A stretch of DNA of 64,000 nucleotides from Candidatus Latescibacterota bacterium. Lineage in GTDB: Bacteria > Latescibacterota > UBA2968 > UBA8231. The position numbers and the translations under genes are program-made. Numbering within the stretch: position 1 is the first letter of the stretch; every line of letters begins with the position of its first letter. Below the pieces are notes generated by a model. The model worked only from the letters and a program-made list of their open reading frames with translations. It was not told the origin of the DNA and did not search any database. The stretch is taken from contig OZ253462.1 in the NCBI GenBank assembly GCA_965261395.1, positions 5,536,001-5,600,000 on the forward strand. Direction: 5' to 3'. Positions 18,777 to 32,067 of this stretch are shown here, one piece after another.

Positions 18777-18800
18777 GGGCGACCGGCCGGTCGCCCCTAC
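18773..18800. repeat. Perfect 28-bp palindrome, GTAG-type REP-like element
   Basis: GTAGGGGCGACCGGCCGGTCGCCCCTAC is self-complementary and contains the TAG stop of the upstream gene. Confidence 0.75.
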
Positions 18801-18981
18801 ATCGCCTAAATCGGCCCGAATCGACATTGTGTTTCATCTCATTTACAATTTCACACCCATTTAACCCACAAAATCGCCCCAATTTCAAATTCCGCCTTGC
18901 TTTTATTGCACAAATATTCGATACTTTTCGTTTTAGATAAACATAATTAACTCAAACTATCCATCTCAGGGAGAAATTGAC

Positions 18982-20700
18982 ATGGCGAGAGGAGCCGACA
19001 AAGTCATCGAAGCACTCGACCGCTTCGGCGTCGAGTACGTCTTCGGCCATCCGGGCGGCGCGGCCATGCCCATCTTCGACGCGCTGCTCAACTCCGAGCA
19101 GATCCGCTTCGTCCTCACCCGACACGAGCAAGGCGCGACCCACATGGCCGACGGCTACGCCCGCGCCACCGGCAAGCCCGGCGTCGTCCTCGTAACCTCC
19201 GGCCCTGGAGCTACCAACACCATCACCGGCTTGCTAACCGCGCTGATGGATTCCTCGCCCGTCATCGCCCTCACCGGCCAAACCGTCACTCCGATGCTCG
19301 GCAAAGACGCCTTTCAGGAGGCCGATGTCTTCGGCATCTCCATGCCGGTAGTCAAGCATTCCTATCTAGTGAGAGACCCCAACGACATCCCCCGCGTGAT
19401 GACCGAGGCATTCCACATCGCCACCACCGGTCGCCAAGGACCGGTGCTCGTCGATCTACCGAAGGACGTCACCCAAGGCGACCCCTTCCCCGAATGCACC
19501 GCCGACTTTCCAGAGAAGGTGTACTTGCCTGGTTACACTTGGCAGACCAAGCCCTCTCTCGAACTGCTCGAAGAAGCCGCCACCCTCCTGCGCCAGAGCA
19601 AGCGTCCCCTGCTCTACTTGGGCGGCGGCTGCATTGCCTCGGGCGCTCACGAGGCGGCTAAGGCCTTTGCCGAAAAGACGCGGATGCCGGTGACCAACAC
19701 CCTGCTCGGCAAGGGGGCGTTTCCCGAACAGCACGCGCTCTCGGTAGGTATGCTCGGCATGCACGGCACCGCCTACGCCAACAAGGCCGTCGTCGACTGC
19801 GACCTGATTATGTCGGTGGGTGGGCGCTGGGACGACCGGATTACTGGCAAGCTCGCGGAATTCTGCCCGGACGCTAAAAAGATCCACATCGACATTGACC
19901 CAGCCGAATACGGCAAAGTGGTCATGCCCGACGTTTTTATCGAGGGTGATGCGCGCCAAGTGCTCGAAGAGCTAATCAACCACGTCGAGCCGATTGACAC
20001 GACATCCTGGCTGGCTCAAATCGACGAGTGGAAGGAGAAATACCCGCTCAAATACGGCAAGCGTGGCGGCCTCAAGATGCAGGCAATCATCGACCGTATG
20101 TACGAGCTAACCGCCGGCCGCGCCGTGGTGACCACCGATGTCGGCCAGCACCAGATGTGGGCGGCCCAGTTCTACAGGACAGCCCACCACCGCCAGTGGC
20201 TATCTTCCGGCGGTGCTGGCACCATGGGCTTTGGCTTCCCCGCGGCTGTCGGTGCCCAGTTTGGCCGCCCCGAAGAGACTGTGGTCGCCATCTGCGGCGA
20301 CGGCGGCTTCCAGATGACCCTGTGCGAACTGGCCACCGCCGTCATCCATCGGCTGCCGATTAAGATCCTAGTTCTCGACAACAAGTACCTGGGGATGGTC
20401 CGCCAGTGGCAGAACCTCTTTTTTGACAATCGGCTCTCCGGCGTCGATCTAGAGGGCAACCCTGACTTCGTCAAGCTCGCCGAGTCCTACGGGGCCAAAG
20501 GCCTCCGCATCAGGCGTACCGCCGACATCGACAAGGTCCTCAAGCAGGCCCTCGCCTATGACGAAGGTCCCTGCGTCATCCACGCCGAGTGCGAAAAAGA
20601 AGACAACGTCTTCCCGATGATCCCCGCCGGGGCCGCGCTCACTGACATGCTGGTCGAGGCCCCCAAGCAGAAATTGGCCCAACCCAAAGGGAGCACCTAA
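18982..20700 (+). CDS. ilvB: Acetolactate synthase large subunit
   Basis: 'FGHPGGA', 'RHEQGA', 'TSGPGATN', 'DVGQHQMW' and 'GDGGFQM' motifs. Confidence 0.95.
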   Translation: MARGADKVIEALDRFGVEYVFGHPGGAAMPIFDALLNSEQIRFVLTRHEQGATHMADGYARATGKPGVVLVTSGPGATNTITGLLTALMDSSPVIALTGQTVTPMLGKDAFQEADVFGISMPVVKHSYLVRDPNDIPRVMTEAFHIATTGRQGPVLVDLPKDVTQGDPFPECTADFPEKVYLPGYTWQTKPSLELLEEAATLLRQSKRPLLYLGGGCIASGAHEAAKAFAEKTRMPVTNTLLGKGAFPEQHALSVGMLGMHGTAYANKAVVDCDLIMSVGGRWDDRITGKLAEFCPDAKKIHIDIDPAEYGKVVMPDVFIEGDARQVLEELINHVEPIDTTSWLAQIDEWKEKYPLKYGKRGGLKMQAIIDRMYELTAGRAVVTTDVGQHQMWAAQFYRTAHHRQWLSSGGAGTMGFGFPAAVGAQFGRPEETVVAICGDGGFQMTLCELATAVIHRLPIKILVLDNKYLGMVRQWQNLFFDNRLSGVDLEGNPDFVKLAESYGAKGLRIRRTADIDKVLKQALAYDEGPCVIHAECEKEDNVFPMIPAGAALTDMLVEAPKQKLAQPKGST

Positions 20701-21278
20701 TGTCCACCGCTGCCATCCACTTTGCCGCCGCAGACCTCAATGCCCGCCAAGAGGCTGTGGACGCGCCACAGCTCAAACCGACCGAACCCCAACAAAAGAC
20801 CACCATCGGCCTGTTGGTCAACGACCGCCCCGGTGTGCTGGTGAGGATTGCCCAGTGCTTTGCTCGCCGCGCCTACAATATCGAAAACCTAGTCGTCTCG
20901 CCGGCCCATATCCCCCAGTGCTCGCGCATGACCATCACCAGCATCGGTCCCGCCGCCGAGCTGGACCAAATAATCTTACAACTCAACAAGCTAGTCGACG
21001 TCATCCACGCCAAGGACCACTCGACCGACGATGCCATCACCCGCGAGTTGGCTCTCTTCAAGGTCGGCTGCTCGGTCGCCGAGCGCACCGAGATCTTGCA
21101 GATCGCCGAGGTTTTCCGCAGCAAGACGGTCGATATCTCGGAGTCCACCATCACCATCGAGGCCACCGGCACCACCGAGAAGATGGACGCGCTCGAATCG
21201 CTCTTGAGCAAATTTGACCTCAAGGAGATGGTTCGCACTGGCAAGGTGGTCATGGCTCGCGGCAACGAGCCGACATAA
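20700..21278 (+). CDS. ilvH: Acetolactate synthase small (regulatory) subunit
   Basis: ACT domain 'LVNDRPGVLVRIAQCFARRAYNI'; 'RELALFKV'; coupled to ilvB. Confidence 0.9.
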   Translation: MSTAAIHFAAADLNARQEAVDAPQLKPTEPQQKTTIGLLVNDRPGVLVRIAQCFARRAYNIENLVVSPAHIPQCSRMTITSIGPAAELDQIILQLNKLVDVIHAKDHSTDDAITRELALFKVGCSVAERTEILQIAEVFRSKTVDISESTITIEATGTTEKMDALESLLSKFDLKEMVRTGKVVMARGNEPT

Positions 21279-21306
21279 AAAAAGGGGACGGGCATCGCCC
21301 GTCCCC
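21277..21306 (-). terminator. Rho-independent terminator for the TonB receptor gene (possibly bidirectional)
   Basis: GGGGACGGGC-ATC-GCCCGTCCCC stem with an A7 tract on the plus strand (U tract on minus). Confidence 0.8.
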
Positions 21307-21328
21307 CTTCTGCCTGCTGTATCCTCCC

Positions 21329-24205
21329 TTAAAACGCCACGCCCAATTGCCCAAAGACCAAGCGGCCGATCTCCGGTGCCCCAATAAAGGCGCGGTGCTT
21401 GGTGTCGAGCGCGTTGGAAACATCCACCCCAAGCCGCAGGTTGCTTCCGAACGGCAGCAGACAACTGGCGTTCAAATCGAGCAGCGAGTACGCGTCCACA
21501 TCCCCGACGAACACGCCCGACTCCTGGCGAAACGCTCCCACGTAGCGCCACTGAGCCCCTAGGGTTAGTTGCGGTTGGTCGAGGGTATAAGACGTGCCTA
21601 GCTTGTATTTGTTGCCCGGCGCGTTGAGCGCTATGTCGGCGATTCCATCGACTTTCTCAAATAAAGTATTATCGACGTAAGAGTAGCTGCCCGTCAGCGA
21701 CCATTGGTCGCTGGGGAAATAGGCCAAGTTCACATCCAGCCCATTAAGGGATATCTCGCCGAAGTTGCGAACGGTCAACATCACCGCCGTTGGGTCGTAG
21801 GCTTGCTCCGGCGTAACCGTGCCAAAAGGTATGCTCGCGGCCCCGCCGGCAAACAAAGTGACAATTTCATCCACCGGCGAGCCATTGCCGTTGCCAGATA
21901 AGGTGCCCGGTACCTGCATCTTGTCGAGCGGGGCGACCGCCGCGGCCAACTCTGCATTCTCGGCCAGCGCCTCGCCAATGCTAGCACCTAGCGCCGCTCC
22001 GAGGCTAGCCGGGTCGAGGAAGACATTGGGCGTCTGTACCTGAATCGGAGAGACAAAATCCTTTATCCGAGTGTGATACAGGTCGGCCGCCACCACCAGC
22101 CTCTCGCCGATCACCCCCTTGTAGCCCAGTTCAAAGGTCTCGGTAGTGGTCGAGCGGGTCAGCGGCACGTCGAAAACATCGGCTACCGGATCAAAGGGTG
22201 CCGAATCGCCAGCAGCCACCTTTTCGAGGTTGAGCATGAGCAGGGCGTTGTCCAACCCCGTCAGTTGTGCGGGCACCAGCGCATCTAACCCTCCCAATAG
22301 CTGCTGGGCGGCAGCCTCCGCCGTTGCTTGGTCTAGCTCTTGCAGCACCCCTATTTGGGTCGTCGCTAGTCCCATAAAAAGCGGAGTATTGAGCCTGCTC
22401 AACACTCCGCTGCGGCCCAGCCCCCACATCACATTGGTAAAGACCGGATCTCCCAAATCGATGAAGTCGGCCGGAGCCATCCCCGCCACCACCGGCGCAA
22501 AGGGCGAGCGGAACTGCGGCCGGCCATTGCCCGAGCGAGCAAAGGTCCAGCCGCCGCCCATATCCTCGCGATAGGTCCCCTGCGCCCGCACGTCAATAGC
22601 CGGCGCAAACCCCAGCGACGGCGCAAAGGCTGCGCCAATGCCGAAGGCATCCTGGCTGGAGCGGATGTCCAAATAGAGGTTGTTGCTCGACGGGGTCGCA
22701 AAGGCGTGGTTGTACGTCAGCCGCAGGATCTGGGTCTCCTTCGGCTTAAAGACCAGCCCGACGCGCGGCGAGATTTCGCCTTCGGGAATGCGATTGTGGT
22801 CGTCGTAGCGCAGGGCCACCACCAAGTCGAGCATCTCGTTCAGGGCCGTCTCGCTCTGCACGTAAGCCCCGAATTCATTGGTCTGATCGTAGTCTTCGTT
22901 CCCGCCGGTGATGGTCCCCTCAGTATCGGGCCGCGTCAGCAGCACATCGGCCCCGTAGGTAAAGCGCTGCCGAACCCCCAACACCGCGGAGTGCTGGACC
23001 TGGAACGCGGTCAGCTTAGATTTATCGACGACCGACTGGCCATCGCGCAGGGTAAAGGTTTCGCCGGCGTCGCTCCCGTTCTGGAAGACCTGGGCGAACC
23101 AACTCTTGTACAGCAGGCGAAGCTGGACGTAATTGTACACCCAGTCCTGGGCCTGGCCAGCCCCTAAGCCGGTCAATTCGATTTGGTTACCCTTGTTGTA
23201 GCCAGCCGCCAAAATGGCCGTCAACTCGTCCGTGGCCCGGTAATCCAAGCGCGCTTCGGTGCTCTGACGCTCAATGTCAAAACTGCGCGGTTTGATGGCT
23301 GGATTGGCGGCCCTAGCCCGCACCTCTTCCGGGTCTTCGTATTCCCAGTCCATCCCCGTATAGTGCTGGGCCGAAACCTTGTAGCCGAGGCGGTCGCCAG
23401 CAGCCCCGGCGTGGCGCACGGACACTTGGCGCACGCTGCGCTCGCCCAACCCCACTTGCGCACTGGTCCCCGCCGAATTGAACGGCGAACGGGTGATGAT
23501 GTGCATCACGCCGTTGGCGCTATTGGGTCCGTAGAGTGCCGACCCCGGCCCCAACACCACCTCGATGCGCTCGATATCGTCGTTGGTCACCGGAATGAAG
23601 TTGTAGGCATTCAAGCGCAGCGAGGGGACGCGGGCGATGCGATTATCGGTCAGCGTCAGCAGTGCGCCCGAAAACACATTGTTGAAGCCCCGCACAACCA
23701 CATTGCTCTGCGCCAAGCCGGTCTGGGAAAAGTCCACCCCCGGCAAGTCGCGGACGTGCTCGACGACGCTGAGTGCCGGCCGATTGCGAATCTCATGGGC
23801 CTCGACCACCGCCACCGAGGCCGGAGCTTCGAGGACTTTTTCCTGCCGCCGCGAGGCCGAGACTACGTTCTGGTCGAGGAAGATGATCCCCGTCTCCAAC
23901 GTCAGCATCAGCTCCTGCTCACCGCCGACGATGCCAACGCCTTCTCGCATCAGGGACCGATAGCCAATATGCGTGACGCTGAGCTGATACTCGCCGGCCG
24001 GCAGCCCCTCTAAGCGGAAGCGACCGTCTTCGCCGGTAGCCGTGCCTATCTTGCCGCCCGGCAGCAGGTCGCCGATGAGAACGATGTTGGCACCGGGGAT
24101 GGATTCGCCTTCCGGCCCCTTCACGACACCGGAAAGCGTTCCCTCTGCACCGAAGGCGACGCCCGCCCACAGCACGAAGGCGTATAAAAGCGATTTGTAC
24201 TTCAT
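21329..24205 (-). CDS. TonB-dependent receptor with N-terminal carboxypeptidase-regulatory-like domain
   Basis: 'VVSASRR', plug motif 'IERIEVVLGPGSALYG', C-terminal Phe. Confidence 0.95.
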   Translation of the reverse strand: MKYKSLLYAFVLWAGVAFGAEGTLSGVVKGPEGESIPGANIVLIGDLLPGGKIGTATGEDGRFRLEGLPAGEYQLSVTHIGYRSLMREGVGIVGGEQELMLTLETGIIFLDQNVVSASRRQEKVLEAPASVAVVEAHEIRNRPALSVVEHVRDLPGVDFSQTGLAQSNVVVRGFNNVFSGALLTLTDNRIARVPSLRLNAYNFIPVTNDDIERIEVVLGPGSALYGPNSANGVMHIITRSPFNSAGTSAQVGLGERSVRQVSVRHAGAAGDRLGYKVSAQHYTGMDWEYEDPEEVRARAANPAIKPRSFDIERQSTEARLDYRATDELTAILAAGYNKGNQIELTGLGAGQAQDWVYNYVQLRLLYKSWFAQVFQNGSDAGETFTLRDGQSVVDKSKLTAFQVQHSAVLGVRQRFTYGADVLLTRPDTEGTITGGNEDYDQTNEFGAYVQSETALNEMLDLVVALRYDDHNRIPEGEISPRVGLVFKPKETQILRLTYNHAFATPSSNNLYLDIRSSQDAFGIGAAFAPSLGFAPAIDVRAQGTYREDMGGGWTFARSGNGRPQFRSPFAPVVAGMAPADFIDLGDPVFTNVMWGLGRSGVLSRLNTPLFMGLATTQIGVLQELDQATAEAAAQQLLGGLDALVPAQLTGLDNALLMLNLEKVAAGDSAPFDPVADVFDVPLTRSTTTETFELGYKGVIGERLVVAADLYHTRIKDFVSPIQVQTPNVFLDPASLGAALGASIGEALAENAELAAAVAPLDKMQVPGTLSGNGNGSPVDEIVTLFAGGAASIPFGTVTPEQAYDPTAVMLTVRNFGEISLNGLDVNLAYFPSDQWSLTGSYSYVDNTLFEKVDGIADIALNAPGNKYKLGTSYTLDQPQLTLGAQWRYVGAFRQESGVFVGDVDAYSLLDLNASCLLPFGSNLRLGVDVSNALDTKHRAFIGAPEIGRLVFGQLGVAF

Positions 24206-24423
24206 AAACTAGCTCCTTATTTTTGGCCAAAATCTATCCTCAAGCACTTGATCCCGCTACCCCCGCGACCCAATAAGTAATCTCACAGCGCATTGCCGCG
24301 CAAAGGCAAAATCGATTCTTCAGGAATCTCGTCGCGTAGCAGTAGCGCGCTCTATTGATTCCCCACGTCTCCATTGCGTAGTTTCTCAGTCTTAACTCAC
24401 CTACGCTATCGGAGATTTATTCC

Positions 24424-25443
24424 ATGCCGGACCAACTCAAGCTCGCCTTTATTGGCTGCGGTGCCATCGCTCGCTTTCACCTCGATGGCATCAAGGGCCA
24501 CGCTCCCCGCATCGATGTCACCGCGTTAGTCGATCTCGACGAATCTAAAGCCCAAACCTACGCCGCTGAAACCGGCGGGCAGGCCTTCACTTCGCTCGAC
24601 GAAGCGCTCGCAAAGGGCGACTTCGACGCCGTGGACATCATGCTACCCCACGACCTGCACGAACCCATCGCCCTCCAGTGCCTCGCCGCCGGCAAGCACG
24701 TACTGTTGGAAAAGCCCATGGCCCCCACCCTCGATGCCTGCGACCGCATTCTCGCCGCCGCGCGCGAAGCTCCAAGCGTCTTCATGGTCGCCGAAAACAG
24801 CCAGTACTGGCCCGAAATTGTCGAAGCCCAAAAGCTCCTTACAGCCGGAGCCATCGGCGAGATCATCACCGCTCGCGCGGCCTTTGTCTATCCTTTTGAC
24901 GACTACTGGTTCAAAGAGGAGCGGCCCTGGCGCTACGAAAAGGGACGCACCGGCGGCGGCATCGCCATCGACGGTGGCTCGCACTGGATTCGGCCCCTGC
25001 GCATGTGGATGGGCGAAATCAAAGAAGTAGTCGGCGTGCTGGGGTACCCGCTGGCGCAAATGGAGGGCGAGTCCCTCGCCCGCGCGCTTTTCCGCTTTGA
25101 CTCGGGCAAGACCGCCATCTTCGACGCCATGATGATCGACACGGTCTTTGCCCCGGATCCCTGGTGGCGTATCACCGGCACCAAAGGCGAGCTGACCATC
25201 AACGCCGGACTCGACGGCGCCGAACTCTGGCTGTGGGACGCAGACCATCCCAAAGGCAAGCGGCTTTTTGCGAGCCCAGGCTACACCGAGTCCTTTGGGC
25301 CAGAGCTGGCCGATTTTGCCGCCGCCATCCTCGACGGCAAGGTCCCGGACGCGCCGCCGGAACACGCGCTCGGCGAGCTGCGCACGGCCTTGGCCCTCTA
25401 TCGCTCGGCCACCAGCCAGCGGTGGGAGCAGGTGTGGGCGTAA
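24424..25443 (+). CDS. Gfo/Idh/MocA family oxidoreductase
   Basis: 'IGCGAI', 'AGKHVLLEKP' and 'GGGIAIDGGSH' motifs. Confidence 0.9.
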   Translation: MPDQLKLAFIGCGAIARFHLDGIKGHAPRIDVTALVDLDESKAQTYAAETGGQAFTSLDEALAKGDFDAVDIMLPHDLHEPIALQCLAAGKHVLLEKPMAPTLDACDRILAAAREAPSVFMVAENSQYWPEIVEAQKLLTAGAIGEIITARAAFVYPFDDYWFKEERPWRYEKGRTGGGIAIDGGSHWIRPLRMWMGEIKEVVGVLGYPLAQMEGESLARALFRFDSGKTAIFDAMMIDTVFAPDPWWRITGTKGELTINAGLDGAELWLWDADHPKGKRLFASPGYTESFGPELADFAAAILDGKVPDAPPEHALGELRTALALYRSATSQRWEQVWA

Positions 25444-25637
25444 TGCTTGCACGAACCTCTCCTTTGGGATACATTCAGCCCTTTCAGCCCTGCGAGGCCG
25501 TTCCTCGACGCACCGAGCATGTTCGACCCTTGACCTTCCCAACATCTAAATGCGCCCCCCTTCCAATCTCAGCGGCAAAGGCTGTCAAGGCCGAGATGCC
25601 CTCTCGATTCAAAACGCATTCATAGAATAGGAAAGAA

Positions 25638-28268
<2,631 letters not shown>

Positions 28269-28277
28269 GCTTCTGCC

Positions 28278-29045
28278 ATGAGCCGGGTCATCGCCATATC
28301 CAACCAAAAAGGGGGGGTCGGCAAGACTACTACAGCCGTCAACTTGGCAGCCAGCCTCGCCGTGGCCGAGCAAAAGACCCTGCTCATCGACATGGATCCG
28401 CAGGCCAACGCCACTTCGGGCTGCGGCTTTCAAAACAGCAAGGAAGTCGCAGCGGCCAATATCTACCACGCACTGATCGGGCAACAGGAGACCGCCGAGG
28501 TCACCTACGAGACCAAGATATCCTTCCTGTCCTTGATTCCCTCGCATATCAACCTGACGGGCGCCGAGGTCGAGCTGGTCAACATGATCGCCCGCGAGCA
28601 GAAATTAGACGGGCTGCTCGGCCAAGTCCGCGACCAATACGCCTATATAATTCTCGACTGTCCGCCTTCTTTGGGGTTGCTGACCATCAACGCCCTGACC
28701 GCGGCCGACTCGGTGATGATACCCATTCAGTGCGAGTACTACGCGCTAGAGGGCCTCGGCCGGCTGCTCAACACCGTGCGCCAAATCCAACGTCACCTCA
28801 ACCCCAAGCTCCAGATCGCCGGCGTCCTGCTCACCATGTACGACGGGCGCTTGAACCTATCGCGCCAAGTGTCTTCAGAGGTCAAGTCCTATTTCGGCAA
28901 CAAGGTTTACAAGACCTCCATCAGCCGCAACGTGCGTCTGGCCGAGGCTCCTAGCCACGGCCAACCCATCGTGCTCTACGACATCTTGTCGCAGGGATCG
29001 CAGGATTACATGAGCCTCGCAGGAGAAGTGATCGACCATGGGTAA
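28278..29045 (+). CDS. parA: Chromosome partitioning ATPase ParA/Soj
   Basis: 'NQKGGVGKTT', 'DCPPSLG' and 'LAEAPSHG' motifs. Confidence 0.95.
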   Translation: MSRVIAISNQKGGVGKTTTAVNLAASLAVAEQKTLLIDMDPQANATSGCGFQNSKEVAAANIYHALIGQQETAEVTYETKISFLSLIPSHINLTGAEVELVNMIAREQKLDGLLGQVRDQYAYIILDCPPSLGLLTINALTAADSVMIPIQCEYYALEGLGRLLNTVRQIQRHLNPKLQIAGVLLTMYDGRLNLSRQVSSEVKSYFGNKVYKTSISRNVRLAEAPSHGQPIVLYDILSQGSQDYMSLAGEVIDHG

Positions 29046-29910
29046 GAAGCCGGTCCTCGGCAAGGGCATCGGTGCCCTCATCCCGGAATATGCCGAACCT
29101 AGCGGCCAAGGCGACGCCACGCGCCAGGTCGTCAATCTCAACGTCGATGAGATTGAACCCAACCCCTATCAAACCCGCACCGAGTTCGACGAGGAGAGCA
29201 TCGACGAGTTGATGCACTCGATCCAAGAGAAAGGCGTCATCCAGCCCATCGCCGTCAACCGCATCGGCCAGAGCTACCAGATCATCGCCGGCGAGCGCCG
29301 CTGGCGGGCCACCAAGAAGGCGGGGATCCAAGAAATACCTGCGATCATCCACGAGATCGAGTCTCAGCAAGACTTAATGGAACTGTCGCTGATCGAGAAC
29401 ATCCAGCGCGAAAACCTGACCCCAATCGAAGAGGCCGAAGGCTACCGCTCGCTGACCGACAAGTGCTTCCTCACGCAAGAGGAAGTCGCCCGCAAGGTAG
29501 GGAAAAATCGCTCGACTGTGACCAATCTCCTCAGGCTGTTGCAATTGCCGCACGAAGTCCAAGAGTTCTTGCGCCATGGCCAATTGCAGATGGGGCACGC
29601 CCGCGCCCTACTCGGTCTCGAAGAAGACGAAGACCGGCTCGCGCTGGCCCGCCGAGCGGTCGAGGAAAAAATGGCCGTCCGCGAGGTCGAAAAGGCGGTC
29701 GCCAATCAGCGCGCAGGCCGCAGCAAAAAAAAGGCTTCCAAAGAAGTCCACAGGGACCCCCACATACGCGACTATGAGGAGCGGTTGCAGCACCGCTTCG
29801 GCACGGCGGTCAACATCCGCCGCACAGCGAACAAAGGGTGGATCCAAGTCGAATTCTACAACGATAGCGATCTAGAGCGGCTACTCGACCTGATGATCGA
29901 CAGCGAATGA
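29038..29910 (+). CDS. parB: Chromosome partitioning protein ParB/Spo0J
   Basis: 'LGKGIGALI', 'AGERRWRA' and 'LIENIQRENL' motifs plus HTH. Confidence 0.95.
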   Translation: MGKKPVLGKGIGALIPEYAEPSGQGDATRQVVNLNVDEIEPNPYQTRTEFDEESIDELMHSIQEKGVIQPIAVNRIGQSYQIIAGERRWRATKKAGIQEIPAIIHEIESQQDLMELSLIENIQRENLTPIEEAEGYRSLTDKCFLTQEEVARKVGKNRSTVTNLLRLLQLPHEVQEFLRHGQLQMGHARALLGLEEDEDRLALARRAVEEKMAVREVEKAVANQRAGRSKKKASKEVHRDPHIRDYEERLQHRFGTAVNIRRTANKGWIQVEFYNDSDLERLLDLMIDSE

Positions 29911-31286
29911 ACCCCGGTTGGCGCCTCTTGGCCCCACTCCTAGCCCTCGGCGCCTGTAGCTTGCTCCACGACGAGTTACCCAACGATCCCCCGACCGTGC
30001 ATTTGGCGCGGATGACCTGCCAGTCGCCGGGCAAGGCTTCCCCAGATACCCTGATCAACAGCGCGGATGCGGTCTGCCGAGTCCAGCGCGGCGGCGAGAT
30101 TCGCTTTGAAATCCGCGCGGCCGACGAGGACGACGATCCTGTGTTCTACGAGTGGAGAGCCCCAGCCGGAGGCAGCTTCCGCGATTCGCAAGCCCAAGAG
30201 ACCAACTCTTGGTTCGCCCCCCAAACCATCGCCGGCTCCAGCGAGCAATTTGTCGTGCAGGTCCTCATAACCGACCGCAACTGCAATGTCATACCCGATC
30301 TAGCTGACCGCCAGCGCTGCGCCGAAGACGCACGGGTGCTGGTCGAAAACTTCCTCGTGGAGGTCGTGCAGCGCGAACCTGTGCTGGAAGTAATAGCCGA
30401 CGCTACCAGCGCGTTTAGCGCGCCGCAGACATTTATCGACGCGTTTGGCACCGACCCAGACGGCGATCGGCTCGAATACCATTGGGAGGTCGGACAGGAC
30501 AGCCTCAGCATTTGGTCGGAGGCCATCCGCGACGAGGAAACCGGTCGGCAAATCGGCTCGCGTGCCGTTGTCGTCGCCTTTTTTCCCGGCAGTCATAAAC
30601 TGCGCGTTGCCGCGAGCGACGGCGCAGCGAGCACGGAGCGCGAAATTGCCCTCCACTTTCCAATCGAGCCGCCACTACCAGCTAGCGGCATGGTGCGCCT
30701 GATCCTGCCAACCAACAACCAAGCATACGAGATAGACGCGTACGAGTACCCCAACACCAAGGGCGAGCGGCCCCAGTCCACTTCGTTTTTCCAAGCGGCG
30801 CGCCTGTGCGCGGCCGAGGGCAAGCGCCTGTGCAGCCCCAGCGAGTGGCGTGCCGCCTGTCAAGCCGACCAGATACGGAGCTTTTCTTCGACCGACGATT
30901 TGGCTGCCTACGATGGCCGCGACCACTTTGGCGTGCGCTTCTGCAACGTGCCGGGTTCGGTTTTTTCCCAATTCAGCAGCGACCCAGCCGCACAACTCGC
31001 GCCCTCCGGCTCGTTTCCCAACTGCGGCGGCGCGACCGGCGTCTTTGACTTGACGGGCAATATGGACGAATGGATCGCCGCTGTTGACGACGCCGGCGAC
31101 CTAGCGGTGTACGTCGCAGCAAGCAGTGTATATGCGAGCGGTGCCTGCGACGGCGCGAGCCTTGTGAGCACCCTACCTATCGGAGACCAAGACCCGTACG
31201 ATATAGCGGTTTTAGCGGAAATCCTCGCCGATTCGCCCTTGCAAAACTACGAGCAGCCCCTTCTTGGCTTCCGCTGCTGCCGTTGA
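29907..31286 (+). CDS. Lipoprotein with Ig-like modules and a C-terminal FGE-sulfatase (SUMF1-like) domain
   Basis: Lipobox LGAC; 'IDAYEYPN', 'RLCSPSEW', 'DLTGNMDEW' and 'GFRCC' motifs. Confidence 0.75.
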   Translation: MNPGWRLLAPLLALGACSLLHDELPNDPPTVHLARMTCQSPGKASPDTLINSADAVCRVQRGGEIRFEIRAADEDDDPVFYEWRAPAGGSFRDSQAQETNSWFAPQTIAGSSEQFVVQVLITDRNCNVIPDLADRQRCAEDARVLVENFLVEVVQREPVLEVIADATSAFSAPQTFIDAFGTDPDGDRLEYHWEVGQDSLSIWSEAIRDEETGRQIGSRAVVVAFFPGSHKLRVAASDGAASTEREIALHFPIEPPLPASGMVRLILPTNNQAYEIDAYEYPNTKGERPQSTSFFQAARLCAAEGKRLCSPSEWRAACQADQIRSFSSTDDLAAYDGRDHFGVRFCNVPGSVFSQFSSDPAAQLAPSGSFPNCGGATGVFDLTGNMDEWIAAVDDAGDLAVYVAASSVYASGACDGASLVSTLPIGDQDPYDIAVLAEILADSPLQNYEQPLLGFRCCR

Positions 31287-31302
31287 TCCCAGATTCCCAG
31301 CC

Positions 31303-32067
31303 ATGGACCAAGAACAACTCCGCCACCTGCTAGAACAAGTCGCCACCGGTGATCTCGCGCCGAGCCAAGCCTTAGAGCGGCTTAGAAACCTGCCCTTTGA
31401 GAACCTTGGGTTCGCCCACGTCGATCACCACCGCGCCCTGCGCACTGGGTTCCCGGAAGTCATTTTCGGTCAAGGCAAGACCTCTGAGCAGGTGCTGGCC
31501 ATCGCCGAGCGCATAATCGCATACGGTGCACAGATGTTGGCCACTCGCGTCGAAGCGACCACGGCCCAAGCACTCGTCGAGCGCTTTGACCACGCCGAAC
31601 ACGACCCCCTCGCCCGCACGGTCCTGGTACCGGGGACCAAACGACCCACGCCCGAGGGCCTAGTGGCCGTAGTTGCAGCCGGCACCTCGGACTTGCCTGT
31701 GGCCCGCGAAGCGGTCGTCACGGCCCGCGCCATGGGTGCGCAGGTCGAGGAGGTTTGCGATGTCGGCGTCGCCGGCCTGCACCGGCTCCTAGCGTACCGC
31801 GAGCTCTTGCAGCGGGCGCAGGTCATCGTCGTGGTCGCCGGGATGGAGGGCGCACTCGCCAGCGTCGTCGGCGGCCTGGTGGATGTTCCGGTCGTGGCCG
31901 TGCCAACTAGCATAGGTTACGGCGCAAGTTTCCACGGCCTCGCCGCCCTCTTGGCCATGCTCAACTCCTGTGCGGCCGGCGTGGTTGTCGTCAATATCGA
32001 CAACGGCTTTGGTGCTGGGTACGCAGCCGCTCAGATCAACCGCCGCCCCAGCCAGCATCCCGAATGA
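31303..32067 (+). CDS. larB: Nickel-pincer cofactor biosynthesis protein LarB
   Basis: 'DHHRALRTGFPEVIFGQGKT', 'AGTSD', 'DVGVAGLHRL', 'AGMEGAL' and 'VNIDNGFGA' motifs. Confidence 0.92.
   Translation: MDQEQLRHLLEQVATGDLAPSQALERLRNLPFENLGFAHVDHHRALRTGFPEVIFGQGKTSEQVLAIAERIIAYGAQMLATRVEATTAQALVERFDHAEHDPLARTVLVPGTKRPTPEGLVAVVAAGTSDLPVAREAVVTARAMGAQVEEVCDVGVAGLHRLLAYRELLQRAQVIVVVAGMEGALASVVGGLVDVPVVAVPTSIGYGASFHGLAALLAMLNSCAAGVVVVNIDNGFGAGYAAAQINRRPSQHPE

Noticed and set aside
18801-18981. Possible ilv leader peptide/attenuator
   Set aside because: AT-rich promoter-like DNA, but no Ile/Leu/Val-rich mini-ORF with a terminator was found
25444-25637. Intergenic region with small hairpins and an orphan minus-strand AAAGGAG..GTG
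   Set aside because: No recognisable riboswitch or ncRNA; the downstream frame is antisense to the oxidoreductase
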